DNA of 64,000 bases from the NCBI GenBank assembly GCA_963713975.1, contig OY970218.1:320001-384000 (forward strand), written 5' to 3'. How positions within the stretch are numbered: position 1 is the first letter of the stretch; the number at the start of each line of letters is the position of its first letter. Origin of the DNA: an uncultured Chloroflexia bacterium (GTDB taxonomy: Bacteria; Chloroflexota; Limnocylindria; Limnocylindrales; CSP1-4). The position numbers and the translations under genes were made by a program. Positions 38,650 through 47,119 of the stretch are shown one piece after another. The notes below the pieces were generated by a model. That model worked only from the letters and a program-made list of their open reading frames with translations, did not search any database and was not told where the DNA came from.

Positions 38650-39513
38650 TCAGCTATCGCCGAGCCCGGCGATGAAGCGGCGCAGCACCCTGGCGAGCCG
38701 CGGCCCCGCCTCGGCGCCTGCCTTGAGCACCTCCTCGTGGGTCAGCGGCTGCCCGCTGTAGCCGGCACCCGCGTTGGTCACCAAAGACACGCCACAAACC
38801 TCGAGACCGACCCAGCGTGCCGCAACCGCCTCGAGCACCGTCGACATGCCGACGGCATCGGCGCCCATGGCGTGCAGCATGCGGACCTCGGCCGGCGTCT
38901 CGTAGCTGGGACCCAGCAGCCCCACGTAGACCCCTTCCTCAAGGGGCACACCCTCGGCCACGCCAGCGGCCCTGAGGACTGCCCGGTGGGCAGGGGTCCA
39001 GACATCCGTCATGTCCGCGAACCGTGGTCCGAGCTCGTCCGCGTTCTGGCCAAGCAGCGGCGTCATCCCGGTCAGGTTGATGTGATCCGCGATCACCATC
39101 AGCGTCCCCGGTCCATACGCGGGATTCGCACCGCCCGCTGCGTTGGTCAGGATCACCAGGCTCGCACCCAGCTGCCGGAAGAGCAGCACCGGCTGGACGA
39201 CGAGGCCCGGGGCGTTGCCCTCGTAGAGGTGGAGCCGGCCCTGGAGCGCGGCGACCGGGACACCGGCGAGGCTACCCAGCAGCAGGCGGCCGGCGTGGCC
39301 CGGGGCGGTCGCGACTGGCCACCCGGGAAGGTCCTCGAAGGGGATCGAGACCACGTCCTCGATGTCATCGGCGAGGCTGCCCAGGCCGGAGCCGAGGACG
39401 ATGGCGACACGCGGCACGAGGTCCGTGCGCGAACGCACGGCAGCGACAAGCGCGGCCAATCGGACCGGCTGCTCGGAGGGGGGGATCGGACGGGAGCGGT
39501 CGATGTCTGCCAT
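38650..39513 (-). CDS. punA: Purine-nucleoside phosphorylase (trimeric type)
   Basis: VLGSGLG, GRLHLYEG, TNAAGG, GPSYETPAE, VGMSTVLE, VTN. Confidence 0.95.
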   Translation of the reverse strand: MADIDRSRPIPPSEQPVRLAALVAAVRSRTDLVPRVAIVLGSGLGSLADDIEDVVSIPFEDLPGWPVATAPGHAGRLLLGSLAGVPVAALQGRLHLYEGNAPGLVVQPVLLFRQLGASLVILTNAAGGANPAYGPGTLMVIADHINLTGMTPLLGQNADELGPRFADMTDVWTPAHRAVLRAAGVAEGVPLEEGVYVGLLGPSYETPAEVRMLHAMGADAVGMSTVLEAVAARWVGLEVCGVSLVTNAGAGYSGQPLTHEEVLKAGAEAGPRLARVLRRFIAGLGDS

Positions 39514-39540
39514 GCGAGGAGGATAGGCCGGGCCGACCAC

Positions 39541-39834
39541 GGGGTCTCGCCTGTCGTGCTGGGTGATGGCCGCGGCGGGCCTTAAACTCCGACGCCCGGC
39601 AGGAGTACCGACACCGGGATGCCGGTCGCGTCCTTTCGGGCGCCCAGGCCGACGACCCTCGCGGGCTGTCTGCGCTGGTGAACGAAGTGCCCGAAGCAAC
39701 CGGAGAGCGCCGGACCTTGATGTGATCGCGGTCATGGCGCCGACCTGGCGTCGATGCGATCTCGGCCTGGCCGGGTGGAACGGGCTTGAGGCAATCGCCC
39801 CCGTTCCGGGCCTCCTATCGGCCCCCTCGGGCAC
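39541..39834 (-). ncRNA. Candidate structured non-coding RNA of unknown class (~290 nt)
   Basis: Own promoter; 5' GUGCCCGAGG pairs with CUUCGGGCAC; G-U pairs and GAAA/GCGA tetraloops on the minus strand; H-type pseudoknot. Confidence 0.6.
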
Positions 39835-39839
39835 GACCA

Positions 39840-39868
39840 ACGTTACGACCCGACCGCGCCCAGTCCAA
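39840..39868 (-). promoter_or_regulatory. sigma70-type promoter TTGGAC-N17-TAACGT
   Basis: -35 at 39868-39863, -10 at 39845-39840; predicted +1 near 39834 coincides with the first base of the closing stem. Confidence 0.65.
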
Positions 39869-39873
39869 CGGGG

Positions 39874-39948
39874 TTGTCCACGAACCACCGGCCGGCGGAG
39901 CCGGCTCCGTCCACGACTTTGCCACCGCTGTGGATGGCCTGTGGACGG
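39874..39948. promoter_or_regulatory. Cluster of four DnaA-box-like 9-mers
   Basis: TTGTCCACG (39874), CCGTCCACG (39907), and reverse-oriented TGTGGATGG (39929) and TGTGGACGG (39940), versus consensus TT(G/A)TCCACA. Confidence 0.5.
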
Positions 39949-40028
39949 CAGGCATGGGCCTGCGGGCATACCCGCAACGCTGCGCAAGCGCCCCACGCCA
40001 ACGCTGCACCAGCGCCGCCAGCGAACGA

Positions 40029-41126
40029 TCAGCCACCGAGGGCGAACATCTCCACCTTCGGGAGCCGTTCCGTCGCCGCGCTGCGCAGCTCCGAGTAGCG
40101 GTCAGTCCGGGCGCCCCACGAGGCCCGGATCCGGGCCTCGAGGTCCGAGTCGGTCTCCCCGTTCCGCAGCGGGGCCTTGAGGTCCGTGCCGTCGACGGCG
40201 AACAGGCACGTGTAGAGGTGCCCGTCCGCGGACAGTCGCGCCCGCGTGCAATCACCGCAGAACGGCTTCGTGACCGACGCGATGACGCCGATCTCGCCGG
40301 ACCCGTCGCGGTACCGGTAGCGACCCGCAACCTCGCCCCGGTAGTTGGCGGCGACGGGCTCGAGCGGCAGCTCCCCGTCGACGATGCCGAGGATCTCGTC
40401 CGCCGGCACGACATCGTCAAGGCGCCAGCCGTTCGCAGTCCCGACGTCCATGTACTCGATGAACCGCAGGATCAGCCCCTCGTCGCGAGCCCAGCGGGCG
40501 AGCGGCAGCACCGAATCCTCGTTGATCCCGCGCCGCACGACGGTATTGACCTTGATCGGCGCGAGGCCGGCGGCCCGCGCGGCCGCGATCCCGTCCAGGA
40601 CCCGGGAGACCGGGAACTCCACGCCGTTCAGCGCACCGGACACGGCATCGTCGAGCGAGTCGAGGCTCACCGTGATGCGCGTAAGGCCGGCCTCGCGCAG
40701 CGGCCCCGCGAGCGGTCGCAACGCCGAGCCGTTGGTGGTCAGGGTGAGGTCGACCGCATCACCGGCCGGCGTCCGCAGCCGCGCCAGCTGGCCGACCAGG
40801 AGCGGCAGGTCTCGGCGCAGCAGCGGCTCGCCGCCGGTGATCCGCAGCTTGCCCACCCCGAGGGTCAAGAAGATCGAGGCCAGCCGGCTGATCTCCTCGA
40901 AGGACAGGACCTGGTCGTGGGGCAGGAAGGCGAAGTCACGCCCGAACAGCTCCGCCGGCATGCAGTACGGGCAGCGGAAGTTGCAGCGGTCCGTGACCGA
41001 GATCCGCAGGTCACGGAGGGCCCTGCTGAACCGGTCCGGCAGGCCGGTCGGCTCGTCGAATGCGCCGGTGGCCCCCGGCGCGGCACCCACCTTCGGGGAC
41101 GGATCAGGATTGGTGTCAGGATTCAC
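40029..41126 (-). CDS. moaA: GTP 3',8-cyclase MoaA
   Basis: LRISVTDRCNFRCPYCMP, TGGEPLLR, FCGDCTRARL, C-terminal GG. Confidence 0.96.
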   Translation of the reverse strand: MNPDTNPDPSPKVGAAPGATGAFDEPTGLPDRFSRALRDLRISVTDRCNFRCPYCMPAELFGRDFAFLPHDQVLSFEEISRLASIFLTLGVGKLRITGGEPLLRRDLPLLVGQLARLRTPAGDAVDLTLTTNGSALRPLAGPLREAGLTRITVSLDSLDDAVSGALNGVEFPVSRVLDGIAAARAAGLAPIKVNTVVRRGINEDSVLPLARWARDEGLILRFIEYMDVGTANGWRLDDVVPADEILGIVDGELPLEPVAANYRGEVAGRYRYRDGSGEIGVIASVTKPFCGDCTRARLSADGHLYTCLFAVDGTDLKAPLRNGETDSDLEARIRASWGARTDRYSELRSAATERLPKVEMFALGG

Positions 41127-41359
41127 CCGCCTATGGTAGACCGGGTCGGCGAGCGGGCCCGCGGCCGGCGGGCTCGCGGCGGGCCGGGTCGCGGACGCGG
41201 GCCAAGTCGATCCGACCAGATCACAAATGAGTGGTGCGCCCCGGTACCACCGGGACCACTGGCTGGTACCTCTAGCGAGTGCACCGGAGCCCACTCGGCC
41301 GCCTATGGTGCACGCAGGCCCCGGCCCTGCCTGCCGCTCACGAGGAAGAGAACCCGACC

Positions 41360-43084
41360 ATGGCGACCACCGACACGCGCTCCGGTTTCCGGCTCCCCTG
41401 GAGCTCCGATCGCGCCATCGATGCCGACGAGCATGCGCCTTCCGATGTCGCAGCCGAGACCGACGACGATGCGCCTTCCGATTCGGCCGCGTCAGAAGGC
41501 AGCGACCCCAATGCCAGCGCCGAGCCCGGCGCCCAGCCCCCCGAACCCGCCGCCGCGGGGCCGACCGGACCCCAGGAGCCCGCCATGATCGATCTGTATC
41601 CCACGGCCCCCCAGGTCCAGCAGGCGCCGAGAAAGCCATCCAAGCTCATGGCCGAGCTGACGACGGCGATCCGGGGCACCGCGGAAGCGGCCAGCGAGCA
41701 CGCCCTGACCCAGGTGGACACGGACCTCGCCCAGGTGGTCGAGACGATCCGGAACCTCGCCAAGGACGGCGAGGCCTCGCTGCGCGTCCGGTCTGACGAG
41801 GACACCGCCGCGATCAAGGAGTGGTCGCGCCTGGAGATCCAGCGGATCAAGCAGGAGACGGAGGCGAAGATCGACGCCCGCAAGGCGGCCCTCGACGGTG
41901 AGCTCGCGGCCCATGCGACTGCCATCGAGCAGCGTGTCGGCGATGTCAGCATCTCGGCCGATGCCTTCAGGTCGGAGATGGCCGCCTACGCTGAGCGCAT
42001 GGGGCAGGAGGAGGATCCCTCCCGTCTGGCCACCATGGCCGAGTCGATGCCCGAGGCCCCCCAGCTGGATGCCTGGGCGGATTTCGATGCCTTCCCGCTC
42101 GACCTCCCCGCCGCCGCGCTCGCCGTGGCGGCACAGACGGAGCGAGAGGCCGCTCTCGAGGCCGAGGCCCAGGCGGCGCTGCAGGCGGAGGCCGATGCGG
42201 CCCTGCAGGCGGAGGCCGATGCGGCCCTGCGCGCGGAGGCCAACGCGGCGTGGCAGGCACAGGCCGACGCGGCCGCGGACGAGGACGGCGCCGAGGAGCC
42301 GGAAACGGAAGCCGACTCGCAGGCCCGCGCCGACATGATGCTGGAGCCCGACCATACGGCTGAGGCGGTGACCGTGGACCAGGTCGAGGTCGAGGCCGAG
42401 CCAATCGTGGCCGAGGTCGAGGTCGAGGCCGAGCCAATCGTGGCCGAGGTCGAGGTCGAGGCCGAGCCAATCGTGGCCGAGGTCGAGGCCCAGGCCGAGC
42501 CAATCGTGGCCGAGGTCGAGGCCAGCCCCCCGCAGGCCACGAGGACCACGAACCCGTGGGGCGACGCGGAATCCGGCTGGGGCAGCGGCGCCACCAAGGC
42601 TGTTGCCAGCGCCATTCCCGCGTCAGATGACGCAGCCCGGGCCGCAGAAGCCCAGGCGGAGCTCGAGACAGGCCTCCTGGAGGCAGACGACAGCGTTGAG
42701 CCCGAGGCCGATGCCGCGCTGTCGGCCCGGCTGAGCGCCATGGGGTTCGATGCTGCCTACGCGGACGCGACGGCCTCCCTCGCGCTGGACGCCAACGGCG
42801 TCGCTGCAGGGACCGAGATGCTCGTGACCCAGGTCGTGGTCTCGGGGCTCGTCTCCGTCGCCAGCATCGCCAGCTTCAAGCGCCATCTCGGCCGCATCGG
42901 GGGAGTGCAGGCGGTCGCCGTTGCGTCCGGACCGAACGGAGAGTTCGTGTTCAACGTGACGCATGCGCCGAACGTCTCGTTCCGCGAGGCGCTCCCGACC
43001 CTGCCCGGGTTCGCGGCCCGGGTGACGAGCACCGGGAACGGCGTGGTCCAGGTCACTGCCCGAGATCCAGAGTCCGAGGCCTGA
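41360..43084 (+). CDS. Acidic coiled-coil hypothetical protein with internal repeats and a small C-terminal alpha/beta domain
   Basis: GAGGAAG RBS; long Ala/Glu heptad region; C-terminal VVVSGLVSVASIASFKRHLGRIGGVQAV. Confidence 0.8.
   Translation: MATTDTRSGFRLPWSSDRAIDADEHAPSDVAAETDDDAPSDSAASEGSDPNASAEPGAQPPEPAAAGPTGPQEPAMIDLYPTAPQVQQAPRKPSKLMAELTTAIRGTAEAASEHALTQVDTDLAQVVETIRNLAKDGEASLRVRSDEDTAAIKEWSRLEIQRIKQETEAKIDARKAALDGELAAHATAIEQRVGDVSISADAFRSEMAAYAERMGQEEDPSRLATMAESMPEAPQLDAWADFDAFPLDLPAAALAVAAQTEREAALEAEAQAALQAEADAALQAEADAALRAEANAAWQAQADAAADEDGAEEPETEADSQARADMMLEPDHTAEAVTVDQVEVEAEPIVAEVEVEAEPIVAEVEVEAEPIVAEVEAQAEPIVAEVEASPPQATRTTNPWGDAESGWGSGATKAVASAIPASDDAARAAEAQAELETGLLEADDSVEPEADAALSARLSAMGFDAAYADATASLALDANGVAAGTEMLVTQVVVSGLVSVASIASFKRHLGRIGGVQAVAVASGPNGEFVFNVTHAPNVSFREALPTLPGFAARVTSTGNGVVQVTARDPESEA
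42381..42523 (+). repeat. 33-bp coding tandem repeat x4 (EVEAEPIVAEV)
   Basis: AGGTCGAGGTCGAGGCCGAGCCAATCGTGGCCG three exact copies, a fourth with 2 changes, then a partial copy; a separate 24-bp ALQAEADA repeat lies at about 42175-42250. Confidence 0.9.
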
Positions 43085-43088
43085 CGCC

Positions 43089-44321
43089 GTGGCCACCTTC
43101 CTCACGCGACCGGCAGTCGCCCTCCTCCTCCCGCCGGCCGAGCGCGATCCCGTTGCCAGCGAGCTCCACGCCGGCGGCTTCGATCCACTGCCGGTCGCCG
43201 ACCTTGATGCGCTCGATGCACTCGTGGCTGCTCGTTCAGACCTCGCGGTAGGGATCATCGACGCCGACGTGGAGCCGGAGGTGGCCGCGCAGGCGTGGGC
43301 AATGCTGCACGACCGCGGGCGCTCCATCCCGGCGCTGCTCATCGTCAACCCGTCCAACATGGACGCGCTGGACCTGGACGGGCCCGGCCACGAGGATGAC
43401 GAGTACCTGACGCGGCCCTACTCCGCGGAGGCGATCCGCTGGCGGGTTGAGGCGATCTGCATCCGCTCCATGGCCGTGGACGACGGCTCCGGGCCCGTGC
43501 TCCAGGGCACCTTCGACCCTGGCGAATGGAGCCGGCCCGGGCAGTTCATCAGCGTCTTCAACCCCAAGGGCGGCGTCGGCAAGACGATGCTGGCAACGAA
43601 CCTCGCGGCCACGCTTGTCGCCAAGGGACAGCGCGTCCTCCTGCTCGACGGGGACACTGTGACCGGCCATGTCAACATCTCGCTGGGCATGGATGCGGTC
43701 CCCACCGTCGTCGACGCCTGGCGCGACGAGCTGGAGGGCGGACCCTCGGTGTCGTTCCTCGAGCTCGCCTCGGCCCACTCGACGGGGCTCCGGATTCTGC
43801 CCCTGTCGGCGAGCCCCATCCATACCGAGCTGCTGGACCCCGAACGCGTCGCCACAGCTGTCGCCGTCGCGCGCCGTGCGGTCGACTTCGTGATCGCCGA
43901 TCTCCATCCGTCCTATAGCCCCCTTAACCGCGCGCTAATCGACAAGGCGGACCGGATCCTGGTGCCCGTCACGCCGGACCTGCCCGCGATCCGTGCCGTC
44001 GTCAAGCTCCGTGACGTCGCCGACGAGCTGGGCATGCGCGATCGCCTGACGCTGATCGTCAACCGGGCCGGAACCGGGGTTCCGGTCGAGGACATCGAGA
44101 AGGCGATCGGGGTCCCGTGCTACGCCGAGATCCGCTCCGCGGGCCTGATCGTCGTCAAGGCGGGCAACGAGGGCCGCACGCTCGTGGAGATCGCTCCGAG
44201 GGACGCGATCACGCGCGACTTCGACATCCTGGCCGATCGCCTGCTGGGCCGAACCACGGCGCAGCCCGCCAAGGCCGGCCTCGGCATCTTCGGGCGGCTG
44301 CAGCAGGCGGCGCGGGCCTGA
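43089..44321 (+). CDS. Receiver-like domain + MinD/ParA ATPase (CpaE/TadZ-like)
   Basis: Deviant Walker A KGGVGKT; N-terminal REC-like fold (IIDAD, YLTRPY); C-terminal amphipathic GLGIFGRL. Confidence 0.85.
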   Translation: MATFLTRPAVALLLPPAERDPVASELHAGGFDPLPVADLDALDALVAARSDLAVGIIDADVEPEVAAQAWAMLHDRGRSIPALLIVNPSNMDALDLDGPGHEDDEYLTRPYSAEAIRWRVEAICIRSMAVDDGSGPVLQGTFDPGEWSRPGQFISVFNPKGGVGKTMLATNLAATLVAKGQRVLLLDGDTVTGHVNISLGMDAVPTVVDAWRDELEGGPSVSFLELASAHSTGLRILPLSASPIHTELLDPERVATAVAVARRAVDFVIADLHPSYSPLNRALIDKADRILVPVTPDLPAIRAVVKLRDVADELGMRDRLTLIVNRAGTGVPVEDIEKAIGVPCYAEIRSAGLIVVKAGNEGRTLVEIAPRDAITRDFDILADRLLGRTTAQPAKAGLGIFGRLQQAARA

Positions 44322-44390
44322 ACCGGCGCCGGCCGGGCCTGAACCCAGGTCCTGCGGCGCCTGGCCCGGGCGGGCCGCGCTTTCCGGCTC

Positions 44391-45074
44391 CTAGCTCCGT
44401 TCCTGCCAGCTCGTGCCGCCCATCGGCGCCCCCGGCAGGCGCTGGTGGGGCTGGCCCGTCCGCTTGTCCACCTGGACAACACCCCGCAGGTAGAAGCGGT
44501 TGATCAGGATCACCTCCACGTCCGGGTCGGTGACCTCGACATCCCCCAGACGTGCCGAGGCGTCCGCCACGGCGACGAACATCTCGGTCGAGCGGTCCAG
44601 GAGGCGGTCCGGCTCCGAGCCGGGGTGCAGGTACACGGTGCCGACCACGCGGAACGGCGGAACCTCGAGGGCGACGTCGTAGGCCACCTTGTGGACCTTG
44701 AGCGCGGCCCGCTCCGTATCGGTGAGGGGCGGCAGGCTGCCCTCACCGGCCGTCACCAGGATGAGGTCGTAGGGATCGACGCTCTTCAACCCGGGCGCCG
44801 GGTCCAGGGAGTCCGCGGCCGGCGCACCCCAGGTCACGTCCGTGATCTCGATGGCCTCGCGCTTGTTGAGCGCATCCGACAGGCGGCCCGTGATCTGCAT
44901 CCGGCCGCGGAGACGCCATTCCTCCGTGAGCGCGGTGAACGCGACACCGCGGGCCGCCCCCGCACGCATCTGCGCAAGGTCACGCCCCGCCGGCTGGCCG
45001 GCGCTCCCGGACCCGGCGGCCTCGGTTCCGCTCGTGCTCTCGGGCTTGCTTCGCTTCAGAAATCCGAACGGCAC
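44391..45074 (-). CDS. Hypothetical protein with two tandem DUF6812-like beta domains
   Basis: Repeated pattern WRLRGRMQ..GRLSDALN..IEITDV and FRVVGTVYL..DRLLDR..FVAVADA; GGAGGA RBS. Confidence 0.7.
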   Translation of the reverse strand: MPFGFLKRSKPESTSGTEAAGSGSAGQPAGRDLAQMRAGAARGVAFTALTEEWRLRGRMQITGRLSDALNKREAIEITDVTWGAPAADSLDPAPGLKSVDPYDLILVTAGEGSLPPLTDTERAALKVHKVAYDVALEVPPFRVVGTVYLHPGSEPDRLLDRSTEMFVAVADASARLGDVEVTDPDVEVILINRFYLRGVVQVDKRTGQPHQRLPGAPMGGTSWQERS

Positions 45075-45078
45075 CCGG

Positions 45079-47049
45079 TCATTCCTCCTCGGCCTTGCCG
45101 GTATTCGACCGGATGGTATCCACGACGGTGGCGTCTGCGAGCGTGGTCACGTCGCCCAGCGGCCTGCCCTCGGCGATGTCTCGCAACAGCCTGCGCATGA
45201 TCTTGCCGGACCGTGTCTTGGGAAGGTCCGGGACGAACATGAGGTGCTTGGGCCGGGCGATTGGACCGATCACGTAGGCGACGTGCTCTCGCAGCTGGAT
45301 CGCCAGCGTATCGGATGGCTCCTGCCCGGACTTGAGGATCACGAAGGCGAAGATCGCCTGGCCCGAGATGGCATCGCTCTTGCCCACCACGGCGGCCTCC
45401 GCGACCGACCGGTGGTCGACGAGCGCCGACTCCACCTCGGTCGTGCTGATCCGGTGGCCCGCGATATTCATGACGTCGTCGACGCGGCCCAGCAGCCAGA
45501 GGTAGCCCTCCTCGTCCCGCTTGGCGCCGTCGCCTGCGAAGTACATGCCCGGGAATCGGCTCCAGTACGTCTGCCGGAACCGGTCCGGGTCGCCGTAGAT
45601 ACCGCGGAGCATGCCCGGCCAGGGTCGCTTGAGCACGAGGTAGCCGCCGCCTCCCAACGGGACGGACCGCCCGTCGCCGTCGACCACGTCCACGTCGATG
45701 CCCGGCAACGCGAACGTCGCCGAGCCCGGCTTCGTGGTGGTGACCCCCGGCAGCGGACTGATCAGGATCTGGCCTGTCTCGGTCTGCCACCAGGTGTCCA
45801 CGACCGGCGTCCGGTCGCCCCCGATCACGTCGCGATACCAGCGCCAGGCCTCGGGGTTGATGGGCTCGCCGACCGATCCCAGGAGCCGCAACGACGAGAG
45901 GTCGTGTGCTCGGGGGATCTCCTCCCCCTCTTTCATGAAGGCGCGGATCGCCGTCGGGGCGCAGTACAGGATGCTGACCTTGTACTGCTCGATGATCTCC
46001 CACCAGCGATCCCACGTCGGGGCGTCCGGGGCGCCTTCGTAGAGGACCCCGGTGGAGGCGTTGGCGAGCGGGCCATAGACGATGTAGGAGTGCCCGGTCA
46101 CCCACCCGATGTCCGCGGCGCACCAATAGACGTCGTCGGGCTTGATATCGAACACGGCCCAGTGGGTGAACGCCGCACCCAGGAGGTAGCCGGCCGTCGT
46201 GTGCAGGATGCCCTTGGGCTTGGCGGTCGTGCCGGACGTGTACAGGAGATACAGCATGTGCTCGCTGTCCACGGGCACGGGCCGGCACACGTCGTCCTGG
46301 CGGTCCACGATCTCGTGCCACCAGTGGTCACGGCGCGGGACCATGTGGACCCCGTCCCCGAAGCGGTCGACCACGATCACGTGCTCGATCGAGGGCGTGT
46401 CCGCGACGGCCGCGTCGACGTGGTGTTTGAGGCCCACCTTCTTGCCCCGGCGCCAGCCGCCATCGGCGGTGATCAGCACCTTGGCGCCGCAGTCGTTGAT
46501 GCGACCCGACAGGGCTTCCGCCGAGAACCCGCCGAAGACCACGGTGTGGGGGGCGCCGATCCGGGCACAGGCCAGCATGGCGATCGGAAGCTCGGGCACC
46601 ATGGGCATGTAGATCGCGACCCGATCGCCCTTGCGGACACCCAGCTCCAGCAGGGCGTTGGCGGCCCTGGAGCTCTCGCGCATGAGGTCCGCGTAGGTCA
46701 GCGTTCGGGTGTCGCCGGGCTCCCCGATCCAGTGATAGGCCACCCTGTCACCCAGGCCGCGCTCGACGTGGCGGTCCACGCAGTTGTAGGCGACGTTGAG
46801 CTCCCCGCCGGTAAACCACCTCGCGTCCGGGAGGTCCCACTCCAGGGTCCGGTCATAGGGCGTGAACCATGAGAGGCGCTCCCGCGCCTGCCTGTCCCAG
46901 AACCCGACGTAGTCCGCATCGGCCTCGTCGTACAGGGCGGCGGTGGCGTTGGCCTGGGCGACGAACGCCGGATCCGGCGGAAACGTCCGCTTCTCGGCGA
47001 GGAGGTTCTCGATCTCAGGCCCTGCCTGGGCCTGGGGGTCGACAGTCAC
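45079..47049 (-). CDS. acs: Acetyl-CoA synthetase
   Basis: YTSGTTAKPKG, ADIGWVTGHSY, DTWWQTETG, PKTRSGKIMRR. Confidence 0.96.
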   Translation of the reverse strand: MTVDPQAQAGPEIENLLAEKRTFPPDPAFVAQANATAALYDEADADYVGFWDRQARERLSWFTPYDRTLEWDLPDARWFTGGELNVAYNCVDRHVERGLGDRVAYHWIGEPGDTRTLTYADLMRESSRAANALLELGVRKGDRVAIYMPMVPELPIAMLACARIGAPHTVVFGGFSAEALSGRINDCGAKVLITADGGWRRGKKVGLKHHVDAAVADTPSIEHVIVVDRFGDGVHMVPRRDHWWHEIVDRQDDVCRPVPVDSEHMLYLLYTSGTTAKPKGILHTTAGYLLGAAFTHWAVFDIKPDDVYWCAADIGWVTGHSYIVYGPLANASTGVLYEGAPDAPTWDRWWEIIEQYKVSILYCAPTAIRAFMKEGEEIPRAHDLSSLRLLGSVGEPINPEAWRWYRDVIGGDRTPVVDTWWQTETGQILISPLPGVTTTKPGSATFALPGIDVDVVDGDGRSVPLGGGGYLVLKRPWPGMLRGIYGDPDRFRQTYWSRFPGMYFAGDGAKRDEEGYLWLLGRVDDVMNIAGHRISTTEVESALVDHRSVAEAAVVGKSDAISGQAIFAFVILKSGQEPSDTLAIQLREHVAYVIGPIARPKHLMFVPDLPKTRSGKIMRRLLRDIAEGRPLGDVTTLADATVVDTIRSNTGKAEEE

Positions 47050-47119
47050 GGGTCCCTCCAACAGCTCACCTGGGTCGGGTCATTCTACGCGCCAGCCGGG
47101 CGAGGTCTCGCCGGTCGCG

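Noticed and set aside
39541-39834. Identification as tmRNA, SRP, RNase P, T-box, Moco riboswitch or raiA RNA
   Set aside because: No TpsiC/CCA end, no SRP GGAA-GCAGC core and no GAGGAAAGUCC. GGTGGAAC on the plus strand lacks the ACC of a T-box and has no downstream gene. Only short unalignable resemblances to raiA and 6S. cmscan is needed to settle this.
39874-39948. Replication origin
   Set aside because: Only four imperfect boxes, no AT-rich unwinding element, and no dnaA/dnaN in the window.
38650-39996. 448-aa extended PunA
   Set aside because: The extension is Arg/Pro-rich with no recognisable domain; a TATCCT -10 lies 6 nt before ATG 39513, and the upstream DNA is better explained as structured RNA.
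42381-42523. 33-bp repeats as a CRISPR array
   Set aside because: Head-to-tail with no spacers, in frame inside a CDS, and no cas genes.
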